From NCBI RefSeq assembly GCF_018350175.1, contig NC_058368.1, positions 163,124,001 to 163,188,000 on the forward strand: a stretch of 64,000 bases of DNA, read 5' to 3'. The stretch comes from Felis catus. Lineage: Eukaryota. Numbering within the stretch: the stretch's first letter is position 1; each line of letters begins with the position of its first letter. The notes under the pieces were generated by a model. It worked only from the letters and a program-made list of their open reading frames with translations, did not search any database and had not been told where the DNA came from. The translations under genes were made by a program, and so were the position numbers. Shown piece after piece: positions 12,283-24,552 of the stretch.

Positions 12283-13186
12283 TGTCAAAATTATTATAAT
12301 TTACTTTAAAATACTTCAGCATATACAAGGGCACCTGAGTGACTCAGTCAGTTGAGTATCTGACTCTTGACCTCAGCTCAGGTCTTGATCCAGCATTGTG
12401 AGTTCAAGACCCACATTGGGCTCCACACTGGACATGAAACCGACATCCTACTTTAAAAAAAAATTCACCCTAGATTGTGATGTTATGTGAGTGTAACTTG
12501 GGTTGAGTTCTAAGCATTGTAATCAAAAATGCCCTATCCCAGAGTGATCAATGACCATGGCAATCAAGAACACAGGAGTGATCTGCTGGCATTCTCATCA
12601 GGACATCTGTACTTCCGAAAGGCTAATTACAAGCACTTCTGTTACCTGGATCTTGCTCAATAACCTACACTTTGCTAATTAACATACTAAATGTCAGAAA
12701 AGGGCTTTGAGTGATAAAAATAGCAGCCTGTTGACTAGCATGATGCATGCTAAAATTGGGCTCTCACTGGTGAAACGGAAGGTATTTAAGTTGTGTTGAT
12801 TTGCTAAAATTATTTTACAGACACTTCCTACTCTTGCATGAATAGAGAATAAGAGTTAAGCAAGGTCATAAACCTGTGCTCCTCAGGATTTTTTCCCAGG
12901 CTAAATTCCTAAACCAGATAGTCCCTAGCCTTGGAATCTAGAATCCTATTTGCCTGCAGCCAGTTGCAGGGATGGCAGAATCTTGTCTCAGGAATCTTTG
13001 TGATTATCTTCAGGGGCCCTTTCATACAAGATGGTGATCTGAGACTGTAGAAGGGTAGGGAAATGGGACTTCCTCAAGCCTAGAGAACAGACTGTACAAA
13101 TTCTTTGCATTCACGTGCCCACCAATATATATTTAGTACAATAAATTTCTGTAACAGTGTCATCACACTTAGATTATTTTGTAACA
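12283..13186 (+). mobile_element. Unassigned LTR-like element inserted in the MLT1
   Basis: begins TGT, ends ACA, imperfect terminal inverted repeat, AATAAA at about 13140. Confidence 0.4.
12329..12463 (+). mobile_element. Short old SINEC lacking the CT tract
   Basis: gggcacctgagtgactcagtcagttgag...gagttcaagacccacattggg, A-tail. Confidence 0.85.
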
Positions 13187-13379
13187 TTACCCACCTTAAG
13201 GCTGCTTATTTTGATAAGAATGCTTTTATTTATTGTCTGAGATGGCTGAATCAGGATTTTCTATTACTTGCTGCTGAGAGCATCCTAATTTATGTACCCT
13301 ACCCACCAATGAGTTCAGCAGTTATCTCTGCAACTTAGGTAATAATTTGAAGGGTATGAGTTATAGGAAAGATTGGGGG

Positions 13380-13581
13380 GGGGTGCCCACATGGCTTTGT
13401 TGGTTAAGGGTCTGACTCTTGATTTTAGCTCATGATGTCATGGTTCTTGAGTTTGAGCCCCATGTCGGGCTCTGCAATGTCAGCACTGAACGTGCTTGGG
13501 ACTCTCTCTCTCCCTCTCTCTCTCTCTCTCCCCCTCCCCTGCTCTCTCTGTCTCTCTCAAAAATAAACTTAAAAAAAAAAA
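13380..13581 (+). mobile_element. SINEC (diverged)
   Basis: head, (CT)n, aaaataaacttaaaaaaaaaaa. Confidence 0.9.
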
Positions 13582-13741
13582 GGAATTTTTTTTTTTTACT
13601 TAGGAAATGTGTTGTAGGAGAAAAAAAGAATGAAACAGAAACTCATGAGATGAAACTTGAGACTCCATTCTGTGACAGCCTTGGATATATCATTCAACCT
13701 CCCTAAGAATGAGTGACAGGCAAAGTAGCAAATGAAGATGA

Positions 13742-13925
13742 GGGAGTCAGACAGCCTGGGTTTAATCCTGGCTTCATCACTTACTAGCTGTGTGAGCTTT
13801 TTAGGCTTTAATTTCCTTATCATATAATGGGCTAGTACCTACTTACAGTTGTTGTAAGGATTAAACAGGACATGACACGATCAACCCATAGCACAAAGCC
13901 TGGCATGGTAAATAGGAAGTAAATA
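13742..13925 (+). mobile_element. MIR
   Basis: ggagtcagacagcctgggtttaatcctggcttcatcacttactagctgtgtga. Confidence 0.8.
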
Positions 13926-13989
13926 TTATCATTATAATCTCTAAAATAAGGTAATCAGTCTGATTGGTCATCTCATTCCTCTTCTTTCT

Positions 13990-14026
13990 TTTTAATTATT
14001 TACTTAATTTGAGGGAGGGAGGGAGG

Positions 14027-14057
<31 letters not shown>

Positions 14058-14220
14058 CACGAGCAGGGGAGGTGCAGAGAGAGTGGGAGAGAGAGAGAGA
14101 ATCCCAAGCAGGCTCCCAGCCATCAGCACAGAGACGTGGAGCTCAAAGAGCTCATGAGATCATGACTAGAACTGAAACCAAGAGTCAGTCACTTAGCCAA
14201 CTGAGCTACCCAGGCTCCCT
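13990..14220 (-). mobile_element. SINEC
   Basis: antisense head, (GGGA)n/(GA)n; TSD ctcttctttct. Confidence 0.92.
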
Positions 14221-14308
14221 CTCTTCTTTCTAATACTTTGCAATTTTACTTTCATTGTTGTATGCTCCAGAGAAAGCGTTAGTAAAGAAATGTAAGATTC
14301 ATCTATTT

Positions 14309-14528
14309 AAAAAAAATTTTTTTTGACATTTTATTTATTTTTGGGACAGAGAGAGACAGAGCATGAACGGGGGAGGGGCAGAGAGAGAGGGAGACACAGA
14401 ATCAGAAACAGGCTCCAGGCTCTGAGCCATCAGCCCAGAGCCCGACGCGGGGCTCGAACTCACGGACCGCGAGATCGTGACCTGGCTGAAGTCGGACGCT
14501 TAACCGACTGCGCCACCCAGGCGCCCCC
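14309..14528 (-). mobile_element. Young feline SINEC_Fc-type copy
   Basis: CpGs largely retained; TSD gattcatctattt at 14296-14308 and 14529-14541. Confidence 0.97.
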
Positions 14529-15194
14529 GATTCATCTATTTTAAATTCAGGGTTAATCCTTGGGTAAGGCAATGCCATCCACTCCCTTATTTATGTAGTC
14601 ACACATTTATTGAGTGCCTACTGTAAACAAGGCACTGTGTAAACACAGGAGATATCTCTGAGGAGCTCTTAGTCCTGCAGAAAAACCAGGAATATCTGTT
14701 TTTCCCCCAAAGTGAAATGCTTGCCCACATATATTCAAGTTTCATAATAGTCCTTTCTCAAAACAGGCTTTGATACAAATTTGTGTTCCGTGTTATATAA
14801 ATCTGTGTTCCAACTTTGAGCCCCTCACCCAATGAGGAAATTAACATTCATCCCTTTGTTGGTGGTGAGGGAACAATAGCTATGACCAATGAAGAGCCTG
14901 CAGAGAGTTAAAGGAAACCATGAACCATGCAGTTCTGAAGGATTTCGGTGCCATTGTCTGCAATCACAGCCACTTGTAATCTGACACAGACCACTAAGGA
15001 GACCTTCTATACTAATGAAATAAAGGGCTGAAAACAAGGATCTGAGACAAGGAGCTTCTTTAAAACTAGTAACTCTTTCTCCCCCTCTTCTCCATAAGCC
15101 TCAGTTTAAATTTGCTCCTTAAGCAAGAATGCCAATATTTTCCCCTCTGATCATGAAACACTGCTTACAAATTGAACTCTTTTTATCACATGCA

Positions 15195-15300
15195 TTCTAC
15201 CACGTGTGAGAGCGCAGTGAGCCTTGGCAACCGGAACAAAGCCCCCATGTGTTTGGACCCACTGTACTGCACACACTTGAAACACCATCTGCAGGCGGCC
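15195..15300. promoter_or_regulatory. Candidate distal regulatory element
   Basis: non-repeat, locally CpG-enriched; CACGTG 15201-15206, RFX-like CCTTGGCAAC 15222-15231, CTCF-like CCTGCAGATGGTG (minus, within 15281-15300). Confidence 0.3.
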
Positions 15301-17208
15301 TTTCCTCTCCAACTTGTCAGGGTGAGCGGCAGAAGAGAATCATGAGCTGAGATGCTTCGTTGACTGTCAGTAAAGCTGTCAGTACGAGGGGAACATCTGT
15401 ACCAGCCAAATCTGGTGAAAATTAAACAGTTAACTAAGTCTGAACATACATGCAAGTGAGACTCTCAATGTCCTTAAAACAAAAACCATGCCTCTAAACC
15501 CCTGATTATGTCTCCATATCTTAGCATTCACTGCAAGCACCAGGGTCACATGAGGGTCATTTAAATCTTGGAAATGTCTTAGAGATGCTTCTTGGATCTT
15601 TAGAGTGCTGGTGTCTTAAGGGGCGTGTGGGAGGAAGCTGGGAATCAGTAAGCCTTGCCCTTGTCCTGATCTTTCTTCACCTTTCTCCATGGTGAAAACA
15701 GTGAATTATCTCAGCATGAACAATATTTCAAAATTTTCCCCTGAAACAGTCTCTAAAGAATAAGTGTTTATGATAGGAGGTTTTGTAAACTACAAATAAA
15801 AAAATTTTTAAATCAAAACTCTCTATTTCTGCACCAATTGAAACAGGTTGATCGTCTCAGTGTGATCCCTGAGTTTAGATTTGTTAAGAAGTCTGGCTGA
15901 AAAATTCTAAAGAAAGCCTGTATGTGCACACAGAAAAAAAATAGGACAGGTAGAATGATAGCCAGCCAGTGAATCTTATGTGGGCTAAACCGTGACGCAT
16001 GTTAGGACTTCAGTTAATGATGGCAGTTGGGGAAAGGGAGTCAGGAAGGGAGTGTCAGGGAGGACTAGAGTTCATGGCTCAAAGAGCGACCAGCATTGTG
16101 AATCATGGCTGCCAAAGTGTCAGAGCGAACTCTGGCTCCATCCATACCAGCACTCACACCTAACAAGGAAGTGACCTAGGACACAGGAGTTTCTAGACCG
16201 TAGGTGGCAATTCTGGTTGAGTAAAGATCTGAACCGGCAACCACAGGTGCAGAAAGCGAGGAACATTGAGAGATAACCAAGACATTTGGGCTCCCAATAA
16301 GTGAGCTAGTGTTAGGGCTCTATTCTGGGTGGGTACTTGTAATGCAGACAGGGTTATCTGACGAGTTGAGTATTTCACAGTGTAGGTAGAGAAAAAAGCT
16401 ACCATAAGGTGATCAGGTGATTGGGGGCTCATCTCAGGGACCCCCAGTTTCTAAGCTGAAGCAAGATAATTACAAACCCCCTCTTGTGGGAGGCAGAAGT
16501 ATCCTATTGTATATGTTGGCAATATATATTTAGCCAGTATTGGCTCAGGGACTAGGTGGTTTGAACCTGTCTACAGCCTTCAGTGAATGCTGCTGAGCAG
16601 GGTCTGGAAAGGCAAGGACTGGCATCTGGCAAAATTTTCTTCCAGGACCTCTCTAAACTCACAAACATGTTGCCCTTGGCCTAGGTGTTTCCTTATCTCC
16701 TCATTCTTGGTACTTGGTCACCACCCTACTAGTTAAAATGTATTTTTTAATATGGGAGTCCTGACTATATCTATACACACACCTGAGAGGACTGTCCTTA
16801 TGAAGTTAGCCATCATCCCAATCGCAGCTCTTAGCCCATCATTATCCTGACCCCACTCTCAGCATGAACATCATTAAATATCTACTGCAACCACTACACT
16901 GACATAATTATCAGTAAATAGGAATAAATTAGGGTGAGGACCTGCTTTAAGATGTCACAATCATCATTTTCTTCTCAAGTAATTAGAGAAGAAGAGAAAA
17001 ATCTGGAGATAAAACAGTGGATTGAATAATATTTCCATGAGTCATTAGCATACTCTAAAAGTGACTCACAATAATAAGTTCTGAGCTCTGGAAATGTTCA
17101 CCTACTTAGCAAATTCTGGGAAAACATCAGAATCTTTTGGGATGAGGTCAACTCTCTGTAAGTATGTCACTCCTGCTTCCCATGATCTGTTGATGATTTA
17201 ACATGTTT

Positions 17209-17405
17209 TTAAATTTTTAAATGTTTATTCATTTTTGAGACAGAGAGAGAGAGACAGAGCATGAGCAGGGGAGGAGGAGAGAAAGAGGGAGACACAGAAT
17301 TCAAAGCAGGCTCCAGGCTCTAAGCTGTTAGCACAGAACCCAATGCCGGGCTAGAACTCATGAGCCGGAATCAGACACTCAACTGACTGAGCCACCCAGG
17401 TGCCC
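17209..17405 (-). mobile_element. SINEC with a short internal deletion
   Basis: 18-bp TSD tgatgatttaacatgttt at 17191-17208 and 17406-17423. Confidence 0.95.
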
Positions 17406-17439
17406 TGATGATTTAACATGTTTAACAGGGCGACTTTGT

Positions 17440-17477
17440 AAAATAATAATAATGATAATAATAACAATAATAATAAT
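17440..17477. repeat. Imperfect (AAT)n
   Basis: directly visible. Confidence 0.85.
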
Positions 17478-17914
17478 GGTTTTAGCTTGTAGTTCATTCA
17501 CACCAACTCCCTAAGAGGATAACACAGAGTTCCTAAAATTTCTTTTGTGACAAACTCCATTGAGTAATTCATGAGGAGAGAGGTTGGGAGAAAGTAGCAA
17601 AAGGGAAAGACATGGGGAGGAGTTTGAGGTGGGTTTAGGGAAGAAGCAGAGATTGCCCTCACGGTAGCTGGCAAGGCCCTGAAAAATGGTTGGGTATCAC
17701 CCATTTAAGGACCCAGAAAAGCTGCAAACTAGACTGAAACTAACAACCTCATCACAGACCCCATGCACAAGTAAAGAGCCAAAGGAAGCTTAGAGAGTGA
17801 GGGTCTCCACAGTGACCCGGGGGGAGCCAACTTAAGAATACCTCTCTCCTCTTCTGGACTGCCTCAAACCCTTCCTCTTTAGCATGGCTCTAAAGAAATG
17901 GGAGTCATATTAAT

Positions 17915-18699
17915 TACTGGGATTGAATTTCTATGATTCTGAATAATGGGGGGTTTATGGGCAAATATAATTTTATTTTGAAAAATGAAGGATGGTAAAA
18001 CTTTCCCATTCTAGTTTTGAGGAAGGTAAAATTTATACCCACTGCCCATGTAACAGACTAAAGAATATTGCCCAACTTTGTGTTTGTACAAGGAAAGAAG
18101 AATACTAATAAAACATTGTAATAGGTAATGGGGGAAAGTCTGGAGAAAAGGAATTAGAAAAGATAGGAGAGTGGCTCCTCCATGGTGTCCTATCACCCTC
18201 TGCTCCACTTATGGGCAAAGGTGTGAACTGTAGCCTGAGTCATGGCAAGATGCCTTATGAACTTCACAGAGCAGAAATGAATGGAAGGCTAGGGATGGCT
18301 TGGAACCATTGCATACCTGCCTTTCTTTCTCCCCCAGGAGGCTGTCACGAGACAGTTTCCCACTGTCTCTGCTAAAGTATGAGAATTTCAGCCCCGCCTC
18401 CTTGAAGGTACAGTGACAGACTATGAAACCACTTAGCTATAGTCTAGAATGGGCTGCTTAGCAATGGGATAACCCACAACATGCAATACAGTCATTCAGT
18501 CCCTGGGGGTTCTGTGGCATCTGTTTTGTGGTGTGGGAAAGGGAACTGGCATTCGGCAGCTTTAATTACTCTTACATGGACGGTCTATGTAAGTAATAAA
18601 CTCTAAAAAAATGAAAAGTGGCTCCAGGGTCACTGTTGTCAAATCAGGGTCAAATCAGTGTCAAATCAATTTGGCCTTGCCTTGTCTTCTGTGTGCAAC
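17915..18699 (+). mobile_element. Old ERVL-type solo LTR (LTR82-like); 5' boundary uncertain
   Basis: 3' end gtctatgtaagtaataaact...ttggccttgccttgtcttctgtgtgcaaca. Confidence 0.4.
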
Positions 18700-20350
18700 A
18701 GGAGAAAGAAAAAAGCTAGAAAGGACCACCAAAGTCTCTAAAAGAAGCATGGAAAGCTATTCATGAAAATTTATTTTACAATAAACTTCTTAAAAGTAGT
18801 TCAAAAAAATGTAGTAAAGGAAAAAATGGTGCTTGTTTTAAACTCCCACCTTATCTACACACATGAAATGTACAAGCCATCCCTCACGAAGTGAACTGTG
18901 TGGTGTGGTCCCTCAGGTGGGCCAGTGTGGACGGTCAGAGCTGAGCAATGGAGGGCCTGCCATAACCAGGATCAGAGATTACGATGCCTGCGAGGAAGCG
19001 CGAAGTGTCCTTCCCGTGCTTACATATTTCCATTATTGGTTTTTCTATTTTAATGTTTAATGTTATGAGATAGAAATAAGTTTTATTAAAAGCGGATTCT
19101 TTTTGTTTTCCTGTTCCTATATTCCAGGTGAAGTAATGAAAGTTCATTTAATGACAGGAAAAGACTTTAAGCCAAGAAGGAGTTCAAGTTTCTAAAACTG
19201 TGCTTCCTCCTTGCCCACGTAAACAGCGTCAAATCCCAAGAAAATGTCTTGGATTTGTTTTCAATATTCTGTCTGCAGAAACACTAAACTATGAAGGGGG
19301 CACAATGATACTGAAAGGGCAGGGCTACACTGATATGCTATTAATATTTCCTAAACTCATATTTTGTGTCAGAACCAAAAAGAAAAAAACCACACAAATT
19401 TTATTCAATCCCTATGACTGTTATGTGAGCTAGTTGTTAGTAGAGCCTCTCACCATGTTCTTTCACATTTGTTTAGTTTAGCTGGTGGCAAAGGCTTAAA
19501 GAATAAAACTAGAAATTTAGAGAGAGAAAAATCCTAGAATACACACACACACGCACCTAGACAAACACTCACATATATAAACATAAACTTTGGCACTTAT
19601 TTCAGGGAATAAGATGTAAAGCAAAAATGTTAACTAATTTAAGAAAACATCTAGAATAACATTCTGATTTTTAAAAAACACCTTAGGTTGAAATATGCTT
19701 TCGTAAAGGAAACATATATGTATACTTCTTTTCCATAAAAACAGTATTCTTTCTTCTGAAGTACAGTCTCACATGATTTCATATTGAGTAACAAAGAGTC
19801 AATTTGTTTTAAGTTGTAATTACTCCTTTAGAAAAATTAATTCGTGGATGTCATTCAGTATAGGTTTGTAGTAAGTTTGCTTTCACCTATACTGAGAAAC
19901 AAACTAACAACGACTCTTCATCCAGAAATTACTGTTGTTTCTGTATATATCACTCCATCCCCCATCCCACTCCCAACAGTGATTGATACATGTGATGAGG
20001 AAAATGGAAGCTGAAAAGGTAATGAGGCCAAAGAAATCCCATGAATTTTTTCGCCCTGCCTTTAGCAGCCTAGCCTCAATTAATAATACTCTGACACAGA
20101 GAAGAATGACAAAATGTCACATCTGCCATTAAGTAGTTATGAAATTTCTTTAGTTTTAATTTGCATTTCTTAGAATATTCAACCAGTGATTCGCTCACTA
20201 GCAAATATTTATTGAGCTCTTCATGTATGTCTGGTTCAACCAATTAAAAAACCTAGGAACTTCTGAGTCTGGGTTATTGACAATGGTTCTAAGGCCATCT
20301 TAAGTAGCCTAGGACATCAGAAAAGATCTCTAAAAAGCTGAATTCTTTAG

Positions 20351-20479
20351 GACCACCTGGGTGGCTCAGCCAGTTAAGTGACCAACTCTTGATTTCAACT
20401 CAGGTCACGATTTCACGGTTTGTGAGTTCCAGAGTTCTTGCTGTGAGCAAGGAGCCTGCTTGGGATTCTCTCCCTCTGC

Positions 20480-20531
<52 letters not shown>

Positions 20532-20656
20532 GCCCCTCCTTTTCTTTCTCTGTCCCTCCCTCTCTCCCTCTCTCTGCCCCTCCCTGTCTTGCCCAGGGAT
20601 GTGCGTTCTCTCTCTCTCTCTCTCTCTCTCAAAATAAATAAACTTAAAAAAAAAAT
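20351..20656 (+). mobile_element. SINEC with expanded (CT)n region
   Basis: cacctgggtggctcagccagttaag head, long CT tracts, A-tail. Confidence 0.92.
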
Positions 20657-20789
20657 AGCCAAATTCTCTATCTTAAATCAAGGGGATTTATAAGAAAACT
20701 ACTATGGCTTTAGAAGAAAAATTCTATATATTATATTCTTAATGGACTTTCTTCCATTTTCTATTTGTCACTGGGTAGAGGAAAGGCAG

Positions 20790-20967
20790 TTAATTAAGCA
20801 TCTGACTTCAGCTCAGGTCATGATCTTACAGCTGGTAAGCTCAAGTCCCACATGGGGCTCTGTGCTTACAGTGCAGAGCCTGCTTGGGATTCTCTCTCTC
20901 CCTGTCTTTCTGCCTCTCCCCCACTTGCACATACTTTCTCTCTATAAACAAATAAATAAACTTAAAA
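20790..20967 (+). mobile_element. 5'-truncated SINEC followed by (TG)/(TA)n
   Basis: ttaagcatctgacttcagctcaggtcatgatc...aaataaataaacttaaaa. Confidence 0.9.
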
Positions 20968-23732
20968 GTGTGTGTATATATATGTATACATATATATATA
21001 TACATATAATAAAAGTGCAACAAAAGTAGCTATAGTTTATTAAACATTTTTTATGTGCAAATCACTTAACACCTAATTACATCTTTTTCCTTGTTTAAAA
21101 TCTGGGGGTCCATTGTTTTCTTCTTGGGAATATTGAAGAGATAACACATTTTAGATTGGATATGGTGGATTTGAAACCACACACACACACCTACTTAGAA
21201 TTATTGCTATTTTTCAGCACACTGCTTAAACCACAAATTACTACCCTCACTACCCTCACTGACATCCAATTTTTTATGTTACATTTGTTTCTGTAGCCTA
21301 ACTTCAGCATTTAAGAACTAAGAAGTAATAGGAAAATTTGGTTTCTTTATCTTTTTTCCTATTTGTAAGTAGAGGAAAATGTATAATTCCATTCTGTTTT
21401 TAAATTGGAATATCCCTTAACAGTTTGAAAATAACAGTGTGAAAATAACAGTTGAAAAAAAAAAACTAATGAGGAAAGCACTACTTCTCTTGGAAAAGCA
21501 GTATCCTCAACTGAGGCAGATTATATGATTCTTCATGTTAAATCTCAGGGAAAAAAAGCTAACATTTGAACTTCAATTCAAGGGTCCAATTTGTTTCTGA
21601 ATTTCAGACCAGCATTAAATATGATACAGTGTCAGGCATCATATTTTGATTCTGAAAATATTGGTTTTGAAAATATTCCAATATACTTAAAGGGATATTA
21701 GAGATTAAGGAAGATAAGCATCACTTCATATATACTAGAAACTGGAACTGCAATAACTTGTTACAGAAATACGATTGCTCTAATCTTTCTTTCAGATAGC
21801 ACTAGACACAAATATCATACATATTTAACAAGGATTTAAACAAATATTTAGCCAATATTAACAAATATTTGCTAAAAAGATGATCATTTGTTAAATCTGT
21901 TAAATGATCCAGCTAAATAAATGAGTAATTTTTCAGAATATTTATACATGTCAAGCCTAGTATATAACACATGCAGTACAGTACATTAATTCTCTCATGT
22001 GTCTCCATAGGTCAATGGAATAATAAACCCCAGTCGTTCATTATAAAGATGGAATGCTGATGTGATTTTCTTGGGACTCTAAGCCATAGGACTTCTACCC
22101 TGAAAATATTGAAAGATTTATACTTCAAAGATAAATTATCAACACAGAGATTATGCTTCCCAGTGTTGGAAAATGTGAAATAACAATAAGGTAGTGGTCA
22201 GAAAACCATATTTCTCTACTTATATTGTGTGACAGACATGAAAATAAACCATAGGACCTAAAGAAAAATCAGGACGGCTTTCGAGCATTTTATCTGTGTC
22301 TCTTTTTTCTGTTCCAGTTTATTTGGTTTTCATGAGATCCTGTTTATGAGATTCTCTAGGAGCCTTTGCTATAGAGTGCCTTTTGTTTCCTTGACCTTGT
22401 GACATGAAAAGTAGATGAATATAAAGGATGTGGGGAGGGGGAGGAGAAAGACATTTATTCAAGATAATATAAAGGTTCTCACTCACAAGTTACAGAATTA
22501 ATGATTTTTGACACTAATTCTAGGGATAAAGAAATTCTTTAAGGGGTGATAGAAAAAAAGTGTCTAGTTGCTTAACTTATCATCATTTATTGCAAACCTA
22601 AAGGTTCTGACTATAGTAGATGGACTTTTTTTAATTCTACACAAAGACAAAGTAACTGTCTCTAATATTTTGCCCCCCCACCACAAACTCTAGTATGAAA
22701 CAAAGTAATAAGGCCCAATATTAGCACATCTTACTATCACAGAAATTAAATAGATTTCTAGATCACTGCATGAAATTTTAAGTATACTCTTTTGACATGT
22801 ATTACTATGATAGTAATTACCAGCTTATAAATACTCCTTCCACAAACATTTACTGAACACCTATTCGGTATTAGACATATTGGTAGTCTTAGCAATGCAT
22901 GGCCTATCTCTAACCCAGTACTTTTCAAACATTACAGAAATGATGCATTCTCTTATCTGTTTTTTCAAACAGACTTGTATTCCTTGAAAGCAAAATCACT
23001 GTCAGTAGAGTTGCCAGTAACAACTCCCCAGAGAAGAAGTTACTTGAACAAAATTTTGAAAGCCACTAATGGCTATCATAGTATTGATAATAATTACAAT
23101 ATTAAGAAGGAAGAGGAAAAGAAGAAGGGGTGATATTGAAGGGATTGCTAATTATTAGTATTCTCTGTTTATTTTCCCATTTAATCCTATCATAACTCTA
23201 TGAAGGAGATAACATTATGGATCGATCCCATTTATACATTAGTAAGTCAAGATTCCAAAGTGTTAGTAGCTAGGTGTTAGCATGATCAAATTCATCCAAG
23301 AAATAGAAATGAGGAGGTGGAGAGTGGTAGACGGAGAGAGGAGTGTCTGTGGCCCATCATTATGAGGCACTAGATATGTATATCTGGATTTTGGAAGCCA
23401 GAGGTCTGGGTTGTAGACATAGATTTAGGAGTCCTTGACTTACACAGAGTAGTCAAATGCTTGTACGTGTATAAACAGGACAGCAAAGAAGAAGAAGACG
23501 GGTTGAGTAGAATACTTACAGAATACAGAAGGGAGAGTATTATGAAAACAAAGGAGGAAATGATGTCAAGGAAGAGTGATGGAAGTATCAGATTCTGCAG
23601 GAGAGGTGAAGTAGGATGAGAAGGGAAAGTGCACATCATTTGAGAACTTGGGGTAGAGGAATATTTGTAGTCATGTGATTAAGCATGTGATGTGGCAAAA
23701 GCCAAAGCTGAGGGCTATGGAAAGAAACAATG

Positions 23733-24313
23733 GACACATGCATCCCAATATTTATAGCAGCATTATCTACAATAACCAAACTATGGAAACAGCCCAAGTG
23801 TCCACTGACTGATGAATGGATAAAGAAGAGATAGTATATACATACAACGGAGTATTGCTCAGCCATAAAAAAAAGAATGAAATCCTGTCATTTGTAACCA
23901 TGAGGCTAGAGCTCGAGAGTATAATGCTAATAAAATAAGTCAGTCAAAGAAAGACAAATACCATATGATTTCACTCATATGTGGAATTTCAGAAACAAAA
24001 CAAACAAGTATAGGGAAAAAGAGAGAGGGGGGGCAAACCAAGAAACAGACTCTTAACTATAGAGCACACACTGATGGTTACCAGAGGAGAGGGGGGCAGG
24101 GGGATGGGTTAAAAAAGAGATGGGGATTAAGGAGTGCACTTGTTGTGATGAGCACTCAGTGTTGTATGGAAGTGTTGAATCACTATATTGTGTCACCTGA
24201 AACTAATATTACACTGTATGTTTAACTGGAATTTAAACTAAAACTTTAAAAGAATGAATGAAAGAAAGAAAGAAAGAAAGAAAGAAACAAACAAACAAAC
24301 AAACAAACAAACA
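23733..24313 (+). mobile_element. 5'-truncated carnivore L1 (ORF2 end + 3'UTR) with (GAAT)(GAAA)(CAAA) tail
   Basis: cccaagtgtccactgactgatgaatggataaagaag...cctgaaactaatattacactgtatg; TSD aaagaaacaa(t/c)g at 23721-23732 and 24553-24564. Confidence 0.9.
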
Positions 24314-24465
24314 GGGGCGCCTGGGTGGTTCTGTTGGTTAAGTGTCCAACTTTGGCTCAGGTCATGATCTCACGGTTCATGGGTATGAGAACCGTGTAGG
24401 CCTCTGTGCTGAACAGCTCAGAACCTGGACCCTGCTTCAGATTCTGTGTCTCCTTCTCTCTCTGC

Positions 24466-24518
<53 letters not shown>

Positions 24519-24552
24519 AGATAAACTTTGAAAAAATTTATAAAAGGAAAGA
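24314..24552 (+). mobile_element. SINEC located in the L1 tail
   Basis: ggggcgcctgggtgg head directly after (CAAA)n, inside the L1 TSD pair. Confidence 0.92.

Larger units (their letters stand above)
11950..13296 (+). mobile_element. MLT1I/J-like MaLR LTR in two pieces (about 11950-12282 and 13187-13296)
   Basis: attctggccaat...gaattaaccaatctggaagccac, resuming later as ...ttttctattacttgctgctgagagcatcctaa (MLT1 3' end). Confidence 0.55.

Noticed and set aside
15980..16620. Possible additional old LTR
   Set aside because: Composition is suggestive, but I could not define termini, a TSD or a family
18637..18669. gtcaaatca x3 at 11-bp period as a CRISPR-like or regulatory array
   Set aside because: Eukaryotic context, no spacers; a short slippage repeat inside an LTR
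22011..22190. 180-nt exon-like segment (ctccatag|...aag|gtagtg)
   Set aside because: Stops in all three frames, weak donor, no recognisable homology
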